From Moniliella sp. 'wahieum' (lineage: Eukaryota), in the NCBI GenBank assembly GCA_003971905.1, contig RSEE01000041.1, positions 248,001 to 312,000 of the forward strand: DNA of 64,000 bases. The letters are read 5' to 3'. Position 1 is the stretch's first letter; each line of letters starts with the position of its first letter. Under the pieces are notes generated by a model, which had not been told where the DNA came from, made no database searches, and saw nothing but the letters and a program-made list of their open reading frames with translations. The translations under genes were made by a program, and so were the position numbers. Shown here one piece after another: positions 24,140 through 36,229 of the stretch.

Positions 24140-25167
24140 ATGTCCGCCTCGGTCTCTGCCGTACCAGGAGCACCATCAACACAAGAGCCCAGCCCCCGAC
24201 GAGAGTTGGGTCAACGCTCTGCCCCCGGCAGCCAAGCCCATGGTCCTTACGCGACCATGGAACACACGCGGCCACAATGACGCTGGTTGGCTGCGAACGT
24301 TTCATACCTTCAGCTTTGACTCGTACCATGACGCGCGCCACATGTCTTTCTCGGACCTGCGCGTGATCAACGAGGACATTGTGGCCAAGGGCACCGGCTT
24401 CCCACAGCACTCGCATGCTAACTATGAAATTGTGTGTCCTGCCCACTCCTTGATTTGTGACTCCAAGCTAGTCTGCTGACGCGTCCCGGCAGTTTTCCTA
24501 TGTTGTCAAGGGTGAGCTAGTACACAAAGACAATCTTGGGAACCTCGAGACGCTCCGCCGAGGCGGCGGGGTGCAGTTTACCAGCGCGGGTAAAGGTATC
24601 GAACACAGCGAATACAACGGATCCAAAGCCAAGCCCACCCACTTTATCCAAATTTGGGTCGCCCCCGACGTGTTCAACACCGCGCCGCAATACTTTACCG
24701 TCGACACTCCCGACCAGTTCCGGCGCGACCGATTGCACACGATCGTCAAGCCCTTGGCCACATTTGCTCCCGACCAACTTCCACGCACCAAATTGCTTCC
24801 ACCTGGGGATGCCATTCCCATCCATGCGTCGCTGGTGTTTCGTTGTTGTCTCTTGGCGCCCAACAAGTCTATTTCCCATCCTGTGGGGATTGACTCGCCC
24901 GCATGGGGCAAGAAAGGTACCGGGCGCTGGGTCTACGTTCACCTGGTCGCCACGGGGGGGTACAAAGATCCTCGCAAACCTGCACCACTGGCCAAACAAG
25001 ACGCACGCCTGCTCCTCCTCGGACCGTATGACGACACCCTGCTCGTCGAGGGAGACGGATGCTACATTAAAAATGTCAAGGTGGGCGAGCGGCTTGAGTT
25101 CCAGTCCATTGGCACGCGACGCCGAGTTTCTCGTGTTGATCTGCAAGCACCCAAGGCACGCAAGTAA
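24140..25167 (+). CDS. Pirin-family bicupin (YhhW/Prn1-like, putative quercetin 2,3-dioxygenase)
   Basis: [20 protein letters not shown]...LRVINEDIV...[29 protein letters not shown]...[16 protein letters not shown]...HFIQIWV; metal ligands HxH and HxE present; intron at about 24432-24492. Confidence 0.9.
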
Positions 25168-27753
25168 TAACCCCCTCCATAAAGGGCGCCTTGGGCACAC
25201 TCCAAGTGAGAGTCAGCTTGGCAGCTCGACAAGCCTACTCTTTGCAACAACTGTTCTGTCCGGTCTATCTCTGTAATACGTCACGTGCAACGTCGAATCC
25301 CCTCTCTCCACCCATTCTCGCGTTACCGGCACCCCCCCCACCTCAAAGATTATTGTGAGCCGTTTAATCCGATCGGTGCTGCCTAACTAGTGGCGCACAG
25401 TCTGATGGCTATATAGGCCTTCTCGCCTACATATCTGCGCTCCTGCAACTCTTATAGATCGGTTAATACACAAACTAGCAAGAGGAAATATAGTGCACTG
25501 TATTTGCCCCCCCAAGCATACCAATGATTTAGTTTGTTGCGACGTGGTAGTGTAGAAATGGGTAGTTCGTCCAGGCCAGTGGCGCGTGCATCTCAGCGCA
25601 CCGCGAGAGGCTAAGCCTGCCTGTGCACACGCTCCTCTCACTGCTGTCGTTCACACTCCCTCCTGTGTTGCGACCACCATTGCACGTTTGCTCTTCTCTT
25701 ACTCTACTCAGGAAGATCTGAGAGGAAAGCAATGCTCTGTCCTCGTAAAACATGAACGCATGAGATACAAGTATGGTGCATGTGAGCTGCATGAGCTGCA
25801 TGAGCGCTTGTGTGCCCAGGGCATGAGCGCCACCATGCGCCATGCATATATTGAACGTTGAACTTCTCAACGTTGAACGTACGTCGAACGGTGCAATTAA
25901 AAGGGCAACAGGTAACGCGTACCGCGCAACGTGTAACATAATGCACCGCTTATAATAAAGCCAACGAAAAGTGGCTGAGTAGGTTACCACGTGGCTACAG
26001 ACGGCTACCAGCAAGCTGCCACAAGGCCCCAAGCCCCCCGAGGCCCGAGGGCCCTGCGGGTTCAGATGCCGGCTCCGAACGGGCGACGCAAGGACAGCCT
26101 GGGACAGCAGAAGTTTTTGCTGGCGGAGGCACTTGCAGCTTGTGGCAAGCGAGTCGATGGCACCCTGGTCAGCGGGGCAACTGTGTGGCCTGTATCTCCG
26201 CCACAAATCGTATCGCACCAATCGCAAGAGTACTGTACATATACCTATCAGATCTCCCCGCACAGGGTTTGTCCAGGGAGTGGCTGGAGGGGAATTCTTG
26301 CCATGGCCAGCCAATGTCAGCGCAGGCCAGCCTGACCGCTCAGCCACGGGTATCGATTGGCGTTTTGGCACACAGGCGATGGCAGAGAGTGTGTTAGTCG
26401 GACCTAGTAATATTAGGGCTCGCTCGTCCTGCCACCGTTCCAAAAGAGCAAAATGTTCCAGCCACACCCGATCAACGCCGACGCCTACACTCCCCTCCTC
26501 TCCCCGCCCGGAAAGCTAGTTGAACATCTGTGTACTGAGGTACTGTTGTGACAGATCGAGAGACTCTAGCGCCACTGCCAATAACTGGCAGTACCGTGAC
26601 CTGGTGACAACGTATAACGCGTAACGTATATCCCGCGTAACCGCGCGCAACCCCTCCCTCTCCTTGGAGGCTCAGATTCAGTATTGAAGCGCTGAAAGAG
26701 GCGTAAGGCCCCTGAGATCAGAGACTTGAGGGTGTGAGGGACACCGCAGGTAGTTGCCCCCAAGCATGAACTTAAGAGAGTAAGAGCGCAGTAACGGCCG
26801 TCGGTAACCGGTTACCAATATATATATCCAGAGTAACCATTGCATAACCTCTGACTGGTAACATCATGCATCATGCGTATGTAAGGCCAGACGGACTGTT
26901 TTGCACTTACACACACTACACTCTTCTCTTTGTAACCCTTTGGGCCTTACGAACTTACGGCCTTACGGCCTTACGGCCTTACATGTTTTACGCCCATCCT
27001 GTGTCGCATGTGCATCATTACGCCAGTGCTTCTCGCTTTGCTTCGTTACTCGGCCCCGCGCACGCCCCGTCCGCCCCGCCGGGTTCCACCAGGTGTCACT
27101 CTGTTCGATCCACCCCTGTCGGCCCAGCATCTCAGCCCCTCTGTGGCTTCTCTTGGGTTACATATTACATCTTTTCTTGGCGAGTTTCTTTCGACGGCGC
27201 CCCAATGCACATCATGCGCGTTTAGCGCATTTTACACTGTGGGCGCACAAATACGCTGGTCACCGGCCGGGTCACCGGTCACCACGACCCACATGGCCTT
27301 GGAAAGGTGAATTTGACCAGCCCAGGGTGCGCGGTGCGGCAGGGTGCCCCCCCCACATTCTCTGCGCTTGGACCCTCCGGCATGCCTACGTACCGCCCTG
27401 CGCCTCCCAAGACAGTGGCTAGTGGTAGTGCAAGAATCAAAATGTCTCCGATTGGGCGTAACGTTGCGGCAGTAAGTACACTGGGTATCCTAAGTACTCC
27501 TCAGATTCAGATCTTCAGCCTATAACGACTCCCCATCTACCTATACCTATATGGTCAACCAGAAGCGACCTTCCCATGTGGCTATTCCTCGTAGTAATAG
27601 ACAAACCCACCATCGTCCATATCCATCACTCGCACCTCTGGCCCCGCACATCTTTTGTGGCTCTGCTCCCACTCCCAACAGACTATACTAGTAGTAGTCT
27701 CTCACCCGGTCCATCCTACACCCTCCATCCCGCCATACCGACCATACCCACCA

Positions 27754-29060
27754 ATGAGCAGCCTCGGCCACCACCACCGCCCGCTTCCCCTGCGTACTTC
27801 TAGTCCCAGCTTCAGTCCCAGCTCCAGCCCCACTGGCTTCCTCGGCTCTTGCATCCTCCCTGACCCGTTTGCCACCGCCATGCCTTCCCTTCAACCGCCT
27901 CCTGCACCGCCCACCGAGGCGAGCATCAGTCCTTACCCGCCCCCGCTGCCACCACAGGACACGGAACGACACGCACTGGGAGAGGACCCTGGTTTCTTGC
28001 CCCTCTCCTCTTCCTCCTCCATGCTGATGCCCAACAACACTGGCACCTACTCCTCCTTTGCAGCACACCTCGCCTCTCACTCTCATGGGCCCAGCCTCAT
28101 TTCCTATCCCCCGCGTCCCTCCACTGGCTCCGGACCAATCAGCGAGATGGCAATGCTCCCCCCCGCCCTTCTCCCATCTTCCACCCCCTTCGATTGTCGG
28201 GACAGTGAGCGCAAGTGCAGGTTTGTGCACAAACTCTACAAGATGGTCGAAGAGGCCGAGGGGGACCCCTCGGCGCACATTTCCTGGAGTGCGACTGGAA
28301 CCAGTGTCATCATCTCGGACGTGAATGCGTTTACGACCAACTGTTTGGGCCAACACTTTAACCACAACAACTTCAGCTCTTTCGTTCGTCAGCTCAACAT
28401 GTACGTCACCCTTCTTCTTTCTCTTTCCCTCCGTTGTCATTTGCAGTGGTCTGATCGCGCGACGGTGGCAGGTACGGCTTTTACAAGACAAACAAAACAC
28501 TTCGGTCTTCCAAAGCGGCTGGGCAGCCCCAAATGTGGGAGTTTAGTCACCCCCACTTCCGACGGGGCCGGGTAGCCTTGCTAGAGACGATTCGTCGCCG
28601 GACGCTCGATTCGGATTCGGGGGGTCGGAGGCTACGCGGGGACTGCAGGCTGACCTGCAGGTCTCCTATTCGCGCATTGAGGCGCAGGTGAAAGCAATGC
28701 ACCCAAGCCCTCTGGGCCGCCCAAAGGGAAAGTATCGAGCTATGGAACTTTGTCCATCAATTGCACCAATCTCTCTCTCTCGTCGCCAAGTACAACACTT
28801 GGAGAGTGAGGTAGGCATGCCTAAGGTCCCGCCCCCGCCTCTTCCCCTTCCTTCTCCTTCCCTTGTCCAACTCCCCTCCCTTTCCCATCGATCCCTTCAC
28901 CGTTCCCTCTTCCCGTCCGCACGTCGATCAGGCTCGAAACCCGGATCGCTGGCCCTTCCTTGTCACCGAGCCAGCCTCCTGCCAATGGTGAACGTTCTCT
29001 CTCTCCTTGCACTTTTCTTTTGTACTGTTGTGCCTGCAGCACTCCTTACCACCAGCGTAA
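27754..29060 (+). CDS. HSF-type DNA-binding-domain transcription factor (short, non-Hsf1-like architecture)
   Basis: FVHKLYKMV...ISWSATGTSVII...HFNHNNFSSFVRQLNM|YGFYKTNK...WEFSHPHFRRGRVALLETIRRR across intron 28401-28471, followed by a short coiled coil. The 3' end is approximate. Confidence 0.88.
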
Positions 29061-29232
29061 CCCTTCTCTTATACAAATCTTATTCCCAGCACGCTGTTAT
29101 GCTACGATGTGCCTCTCTGTGCATGCATGTATATGTACCTGTACACGCCACGTTATTCATGTTGGAGGCATGTGGACGAGGCCCTTGAAGCGCACCCATC
29201 CCATTGGAGAGTGCCTTACCCCATCACAGCAG

Positions 29233-30942
29233 TTACGGGCATTTTGGCATGCGGCGGAGGCCGGGAGCGCGGGGGGCTTTGCGTGGGCTGCGCGGCGAGG
29301 GAGCAGGAACGGTAGGAGGGGCTGGGCGCGCAGCGGCAACTGAGTCGCTTGGGCGGGCCGTGTCCTTGATGAGCGTCCTGTGGTCCACCCAGGCAAGCGC
29401 AATGTTTTGCCCCAACGTATAAAACGCATTGGCCATCCAGTAAATCAGCACCGCCTACGGTCCCGCAGCCAGGGTTGAGGGTAGGAAGTTAGTCTCGCTA
29501 GGCAGATAAGGAACGAAGGAAGGGGGTGGGGGATGGGACGTACGGAGGGTACTTGGGACGAGACGACAATGAACAAGATGGACATGGCGCGCATTATGTT
29601 GGACAGCACGCCTTCCCGCATTTTGGCAGTCATTGTACCGCTGGGGGTCATGCCTTCGGTCTTGGCAGGTTCCGAGCTGCGCGTGGACGAGCTCGGGGTG
29701 GCGTCAGATTGGGAGCCAAGCAGCTCACTGGGGAACTCTTTCTTGGCTGCGTTCACTGCACCATCGCGGTCCATCAGGCGGCGACGGTAGGCAGACACCT
29801 CAGCGGCAACCAGGTAGGTCATACCTACAATGATCGACCCAAATCCCGACGTATCCCGCTCCACCAGCCGCGGTCCCAACTTGGGCCGGAGCAGTTCCAA
29901 CTCTTCGGCCGAAGCACCCTTGTCGGCCACGATCCGCGTTGTTGCTTCAAACTTCTCGATCAGTTCGCTCGACGGGGCTGCCCAAGGGAACGGCGCATAC
30001 TCCTCTCCCACGGCGTGGGGGGGACGCAGCCGTACCGGATCATGGTGGACATGAGCACGAACAGGGCACGTTGACCAAAATCGGGACAAGCACCGTGGCA
30101 ATGGGATTGCAACGGTATTGCTTCATCAGTTCTTTGGACCGTTCCTTCAACTGTCCCATTTCAATGGAGGATGGATCAGGTTAGGGCAAGCCACCCCAGG
30201 AAGCAGGTTGGGGGGGGAGGGAATGAAAAGGGAAGAGAAGCAAGGTGGGTAGTTGGTACGTACGGTCTTGCGCACGCGCAATTGGAGTTCAGCCTGTGAG
30301 CCCGTCCGAGAGCGCTTCATATCCTTCATAATGGCAGAAGGAACCTCCTTCCTCGCCTTGTTCCACGCAGGCCAGAATTGCTGGGTGAGGCGCAACCCGC
30401 GCTGGCGCGCCCACAGGATCGACGGGAGCGAGACAAAGGTGCGCAACGCAATCGTCACACCCACAATGGCCAGGGCGGAGGAAAAGGAGGAGGTGATGCC
30501 AAGGGTCTGGGGGAGATCTTGCATCCACTTGGTTAGGGTGGGCAAGAAGGGATCCAATCCACCATCCATTGCGACGCATCGACCAAGACCTGGTCGTGGG
30601 CGGCCATGAGGCCCTTGAGCTGCTGCACGCCTCGTCCGACATTTCGGGCATGCCGGCGGGAGGGGACGGAGCTGCGGCGAAGCGGCAGCGCTGGAGGCGT
30701 CGGCTGCGGGGCCGGCGGTGCCCGAGGCATGGCGGTGGAAGGCAAGCGGGGCCGAAAGAGCGAGGGCGGGGAGAGGGTGCTGGGGCGTGCGCCGGGGCGA
30801 GCGGCGAGGCGGGTGGAGAGGGGGGGGCGAGCAGGAGGGAGAGGCGGCGGGGCGTGCATGCGGGGGGAGTAGGAGTAGGGCGACGGGTGGGGCGGATGCG
30901 CACGGGCGCGGGCAGGAGGGTGCGCGCGGCGAAGGACGCCAT
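29233..30942 (-). CDS. COX18: Mitochondrial YidC/Oxa1-family insertase, Cox18-like
   Basis: Arg/Pro-rich presequence MASFAARTLL; TM AIVGVTIALRTFVSLPSILWARQR; DPVRLRP segment; C-terminal SILFIVVSSQVPS|AVLIYWMANAFYTLGQN typical of Oxa1/Cox18; two introns; no long basic ribosome-binding tail. Confidence 0.75.
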
Positions 30943-31260
30943 GAGGGCAGGCGGCAGAGGGGCGGCGCGGTGGGGGCCAAGAAGTGGGAACGGCCCTGGG
31001 TGCGCGGCCGGTCAAGTGCAACATGGAACGTTGCGCTGGCAGCGCCGCTCGCTGCTGCGCACGTGATGCCGGTCACGTGCGCCGTGCCGGGTGGCTCTGG
31101 TTCCGCCCCCGGCCGCCCTGGCGGGTGGGCGGCGCACGGGGCCAGTGTGGGGCGGCGGCGGGCGGGTGGTAGCAGGCTGGGCGGTGTGCTACGCCTCGCT
31201 CGGCGGGGCTGCGCGGCCACCTCCTGCCATCGTGGGGAGCTGCCGCTGGACGCCGCCGCC

Positions 31261-32672
31261 ATGCCGCCCGCCCACGCCGCACCCGCTCGTCCTCGACCCC
31301 TCCTTCCCGGCCTATGCCGCCCGCACCCGCCCCCACCGCACCACCCAGTCCCCGCCCTCGCCGCCACACCGCCCCCCCCGCTCGCGCGAGCCTGGTCGCC
31401 GTCAAGTACAACTTCAAGCCCGAGTCGATGCACGACGACTGGCTCGGCGTCCTGCACTGCGACCCCCGACGGCGAGGCGCAGGAGTGGTGTCTCGAGCTC
31501 GAGACCGACTCCACCGCCCGCAGCCGTACCCCGCCCTCTGCCCCGACCCCACCCCCCCGCGGCCGACGCTGACGCTCCTCGTCCCCATCCCCGCCAAGCG
31601 GCCGCACAAGGACGTGCATGCATTCAAGGGCCCGCAGAAAGAGTCGGTCGATTGCGTCTTGGCTGGGACCGGACCAGCAGGTACGTCTCTTCCCTCCGTC
31701 TCTACTCCCCCCCCCTCCGCCACGCGGTGGTGCTAATTGGATCGGCTGCACTAGTCCTACCGCATCCTGCCCCTGGCATCGACGTTCAACTTGAAGCTTG
31801 ACCGCTCCACAGCGCCCTTTCTGCCCCAGCCGCAGCTGTGCTCAAGGGCGAACCTTACCGCCGCCCCTCCCCCTTGCCCGCAGCCCACAGCACACCCAGC
31901 TGCACCACCGCCAATACCGGCGGTGGCGGTGCTGCAGGACTCGACCCGTTGCCGAGTCCCAACCGACGCGACAGCCCTTCTCTCTCTCGGACCGCGGCAC
32001 TCCTCCCCTTTGGCTCGCCCAATCCGACCAGGGTGCCACTCAGGGCCGCAGCCCCTCCACCACCCGACTGCGTCTCAAGAAACTGTCCAGGGTGAGCAAC
32101 AGTGCCACCCACCGTACCCCCGTCCTACCTACCCTGGGCACCAGCCCATTCTCCCCACCCGTACGGACACCGCAACCGACAATGCGGCGCCTCCCCCACC
32201 CAAATCCAAGCCCAAACCCAAACCCAAACCCAAACCCAACCTAAACCCAAACCACCCAAAGCCGGCCAGACTCACCAAGGCCAAACCCAAGGCCAAGCCC
32301 AAGACCAAGGCGGCGCCGGGTGCCACTACTACGCCTGCCGCCACAGGTGTGGGGTTGGGCTTGGGCCTCAGCTTGCCTGGCCAACAGGACCCGGCTCCCG
32401 TCGCGGTGGAGGAAGGGCGGTCGGCCAGTCGGATGGCTCGGACGATTCGGACATTGACGATTTTGCTGCCGAGCTGGATGCTGGCTTGGAACCCGCGCGA
32501 CGAGGGGGAAGCCGAGCCGAAGGATGGCGAATACGAAGGTGATGGTAATGGGGAAGCGGAGGGGGAAGGTGAGGGCCAAGGTGAAGGTGAAGTGACTTTC
32601 GACTCGTCGGGAGCTTTGATGACGATTGAATTCGATTGCTATCGGGACCGCGTGAATCCTAGTAGGGCCTAG
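31261..32672 (+). CDS. ELL-associated factor (EAF family) RNA polymerase II elongation factor
   Basis: VAVKYNFKPESM...GVL...HAFKGPQKESVDCVLAWDRTSR|SYRILPLASTFNLKLDRS matches the EAF N-terminal domain pattern (YxFKPxS ... FxG ... CVL.D); intron at about 31681-31754; PK-rich and acidic tail. Confidence 0.7.
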
Positions 32673-33473
32673 GGTACGTTCAGACGTTCAGCGCCCAATT
32701 CAGGTCTTTCCGCTTCAAGCTTCAGGCCTCCTGACCTCAGGCTTCAGCATGTTGAGCTGAGCGTGACGCCGCCATTGTCCATCCTGATTCTACCAGTGCG
32801 GCTGGATCTGAGAAACCCTTCGTCTTGTTATATATCGTTGGCTTCGTCGCCCACTTGGATGTGCATTGGGTGGTTTCGATAGGCCCACATGCGAGCTACG
32901 TCTGTGTCATTCACCCTAACTACGGCGTATCCTCTCTCAGACCAGGCAGCCGTCTATCGTCTGCTGGACGGTGCGCACAGCGTGCATTCGATGGGGAAGC
33001 AGAATGGGTGCCGCCGGGGCCCGGGAATGTCCCGCGTCGGGCCTATTGTAAAACAGCGTTTGGAGACACTGACCAGGTGCTCACCGCGCTGGGTCGCCAC
33101 GGCAGCTAGCTAGTTGCATTGGCCCCTCATGTAACCCTCTCTCCCTTTACCGGTTCCCCCTGTCCCATCACCCGTCTCTACATTCTCCCTCTCCCCAATC
33201 CATCCTATCTATGGGCATGAAGCTAGCAACCCGCTACGCCGCACCAACAGCGATAGATATTGAGACGTTGAGTGGCGCAAGCCAGATGTCGAATGGAATG
33301 CAGTGGAGTCGATTCTCCGCGCAGGAAGAACCAAGGAAACAGCGAATGGGAATGGGAATGCAACGCAACGCACATACAGGCGGAGGACAAAAACAACAGA
33401 ACTTGGTACAGGCAAACATCAGGCTTCAAGCTTCAAGCTTCAGGCTTCAGCAACGCTTCCAACTTCAATCGGC

Positions 33474-36229
33474 CTAGGAGATTGAGTTGAACGTGACCAG
33501 CAGGTCTTCAAATGTGATGGGCAACCCAGTGGAGCTGTCGTACGGCCCGCCACTGCCAAACATTGGTTGCACCTCGGGAACTTGCAGGAGCTCTTCCAAC
33601 TCTGGGGGGACCATGGGCGCAGTGGTGGCGGTAGGGTCAACGGGGAACAAGGAGGTGTTCAAATTTGCGTCGACCTGCGGTCGTTCGGCCTCCATACCAC
33701 CTCCCCCCGCGTCCGCGTTGGGGCCGTCGGAAGGCCCCAGGACCGGGATCGGCACCAGAAGATTTCCTGGGGCCTCCGCGTTGGAGGGCGCACCGGTAAT
33801 GTCTGTCTCGTCAAACGAGAAGAGAACCCCAAAATCGGTTCGGAGTTGGTTCATCTCGGCCGTCAAGCGGACGAGTTGGGGTTGCTTGGCGCGTTCCTCG
33901 TCGGAGACCATGTGAGGGCAGGCGCTCGCGATGCGCGTGTGCCGCTCCAACTGGGTTAGGAGGGTAAAGGCAGTTCGAGACAGGGGCGAAATGCGGAACA
34001 TGATGCCAGGCGCCGCGTCGGCCCACGTGTCGGACTGTAAATCGGCAGGGCTGAGATGGATGCGATGGACCAAGTCGGTCCAGTACTCCATAACGTAGAG
34101 ATGAAGGACAGGGCGGCTTGGAAATAGGTGCGGCGACAGATGGCGAACTTGGGATCGGTCCAACCACGCGAATAGTGACGTCCATGCAGGAACACCTGCA
34201 ACCAAGAGTGCATCGAGCGAGCAATGATTAAGACCGAAACGAGGCGACGGCCCTCATTGAAAGGTTCCTCCAGCGCCTCCTTGAGTCGCAGCGGTATCAC
34301 ATCAACCAAGTCGTCCAGCCGTTTTTGTAGCGCCAAGGTATATTCAAACGATTCCTCCTCCCCCATCGCATCGCGACGGGTCGAGGCCATCGCGATCCGT
34401 ACCAGCTCGAAACGGTACTTGTGCAGGTAAGACCAAGGTCCATCCATGCTCGCTTCGTCCCAGCTACTCTGGGAATAGAGAAAGGAAGGCGTAGCTGCCA
34501 CTCGGTTGTCGCAGTTGATGATGGGCGCACGGCCAATCTTGATCGAACTAAAGCATTCCAACAGCACCACACTTACCCACAGATTCATCCGGTCCATCAG
34601 CACATCGTTGGCACAGCCTGGGGGAGGGTCCCGTTCCAGGCCCGCTGCCAGTGCGTCCTGGGTTAGGACAGAGGTGAAGATATTGGGGGTCCAAGAGGCG
34701 CACGACTGGAATAAGACTTGATACGTAACCAAGCCGATGCGGATCGTGTCCAGCGTCGGCCGTTCGTGGTGGTCCAACACACACAGCAAACGGAAGGTCA
34801 GCATGAGAAATTTCGGGATGGGCGTCTCGTAGCGTTGGCGAAATTGACGAAACAGCTGCACATCGAACGAGTGGATCAAGCCCACCACCATCACTGCCAA
34901 GACCAACGCTAAAAACGTCGTCTCGGCCCGGATCGACTCGCTCCACTCCACATTGCCTTCGCGGCAAGTGCGAATAAAGCCTCGTGCTTGGAGAATTGGC
35001 GCCAGAATTTGGTCTCGTTCACCACGGGCAGCAAGGCATCGGCCTCCTTGAACTAAAACAGCACATCGTCAGTCAGCCCTGCGGATACGCCAGAAACAAA
35101 AGGGAGAAGAGGACGCAAGGACGCACGTAAACAGAGCAGCACGTCCGCACCGCTTCTGCATCGGGGTACAGGTCGAGCACCTCACGAAGGATCTTGGACC
35201 GGGCCTGAGTCGACGCGGCCGCACTGGTATCAGAGCGGATGAGGGTGATCAAAGCTTGCGCCTTGGTATCCAATTTCCTCCTTGGGGGCGGGGATGCACC
35301 CTGTGGGCTAGGGGCCGAGCGGGATAGGTCATCAGGGACAGAGGCAGGGGTGCATTCCGTGTGAGGCGTCCTAGGTGGATGGTGGTCGTTTTCCTGCGTC
35401 ATCACCTTATCCGAGATTCGGATCAACAGGGTCTCGAGTTTCTCTAGTCGATCCTGAAGTGAGCTTTGTGAAGTGCTTGGTTCACTGCCAAACGTCAAAG
35501 GAGGATCAGCACACCCGTCTAAATTTAAGGGGGAGGAGGGGAGGACATACGGCAAGACCACGCCCTCTTCCAGCGCACATTGGCGAGCCTCATTGCGGTT
35601 GACACAGGCAGAACAAGGGATTTTCTTGTCACACTTGAGCTTCCGTCGGCGGCAGTTGCTGCAAGCAGAAGGGCGGAGGGGGAAGCTATTAGGCCCGGGG
35701 ACCTTGTCGTCGTTGCCGAACGATTCGGGCGGGGTGGCCACACGATTACGAAGAGCAGGTGGGGTGCCAGCTTGGTTCGACGCGGACTGGGTGGGGCGAC
35801 GGCGCTTGCCTGTCGCAGACGTGGAGAGGGCCGAAGCAAGTGGGGGGGCGGGTGGAGGGGCAGCGGGGCGATGGGGGGGCGGAAGAGGAGAAGGAGGCGG
35901 TGGAGGCGGGTGCAGGTGCTAGTGGCGGGAGCAGCGGGGGAGCGAGAGGCGCTGGCAGGGATGGAGGCGCGCCCTGGCCGGCGGGAAAGAGGGTGCGGGC
36001 CGAGGAGGCGGGCGGGTAGGACAGGAAGGAGTGGGATGGGATGGAGGCGGGTGGCGGGGCAGGATACCCGCTGGCAGAGGCGGCGGACGCGTCGAGGGGA
36101 AAGGGCAGGGCAGGGCCGGAGGCAGCAGCAGCGGCGGCGGCGGGAAGGGCGCGGGGGGATGGAGCGCAGGCTGGGCGGCGTGTGGAGCAGCGGCGCGGGC
36201 GGCTGCTGCTGGTGCGGAGGCGTGTCCAT
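33474..36229 (-). CDS. Zn(II)2Cys6 binuclear cluster transcription factor with fungal TF middle homology region
   Basis: ACSNCRRRKLKCDKKIPCSACVNRNEARQC; downstream helical domain (LAAGLERDP...DRMNLWVSVVLLECFSSIKIGRAPII); two introns near 35000-35550; likely ATG 36229. Confidence 0.9.

Noticed and set aside
24140..25167. Recent horizontal transfer of a bacterial YhhW-like pirin
   Set aside because: The gene has a spliceosomal intron and host-like composition, and this subfamily is common in fungi; no evidence without a phylogeny.
25529..26467. 312-aa minus-strand ORF
   Set aside because: No ATG start or recognisable domain, and it runs through palindromic arrays typical of non-coding DNA here.
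30147..31801. Long overlapping ORFs in several frames (also 35525-36591 and 61340-62755)
   Set aside because: R/P/G/A-rich shadow frames expected in very GC-rich DNA; the real genes (COX18, EAF, Zn2Cys6, Ypp1-like) explain the regions.
32198..32260. CCCAAA repeats resembling telomeric sequence
   Set aside because: They are in frame within the EAF gene and encode a (PK)n tract.
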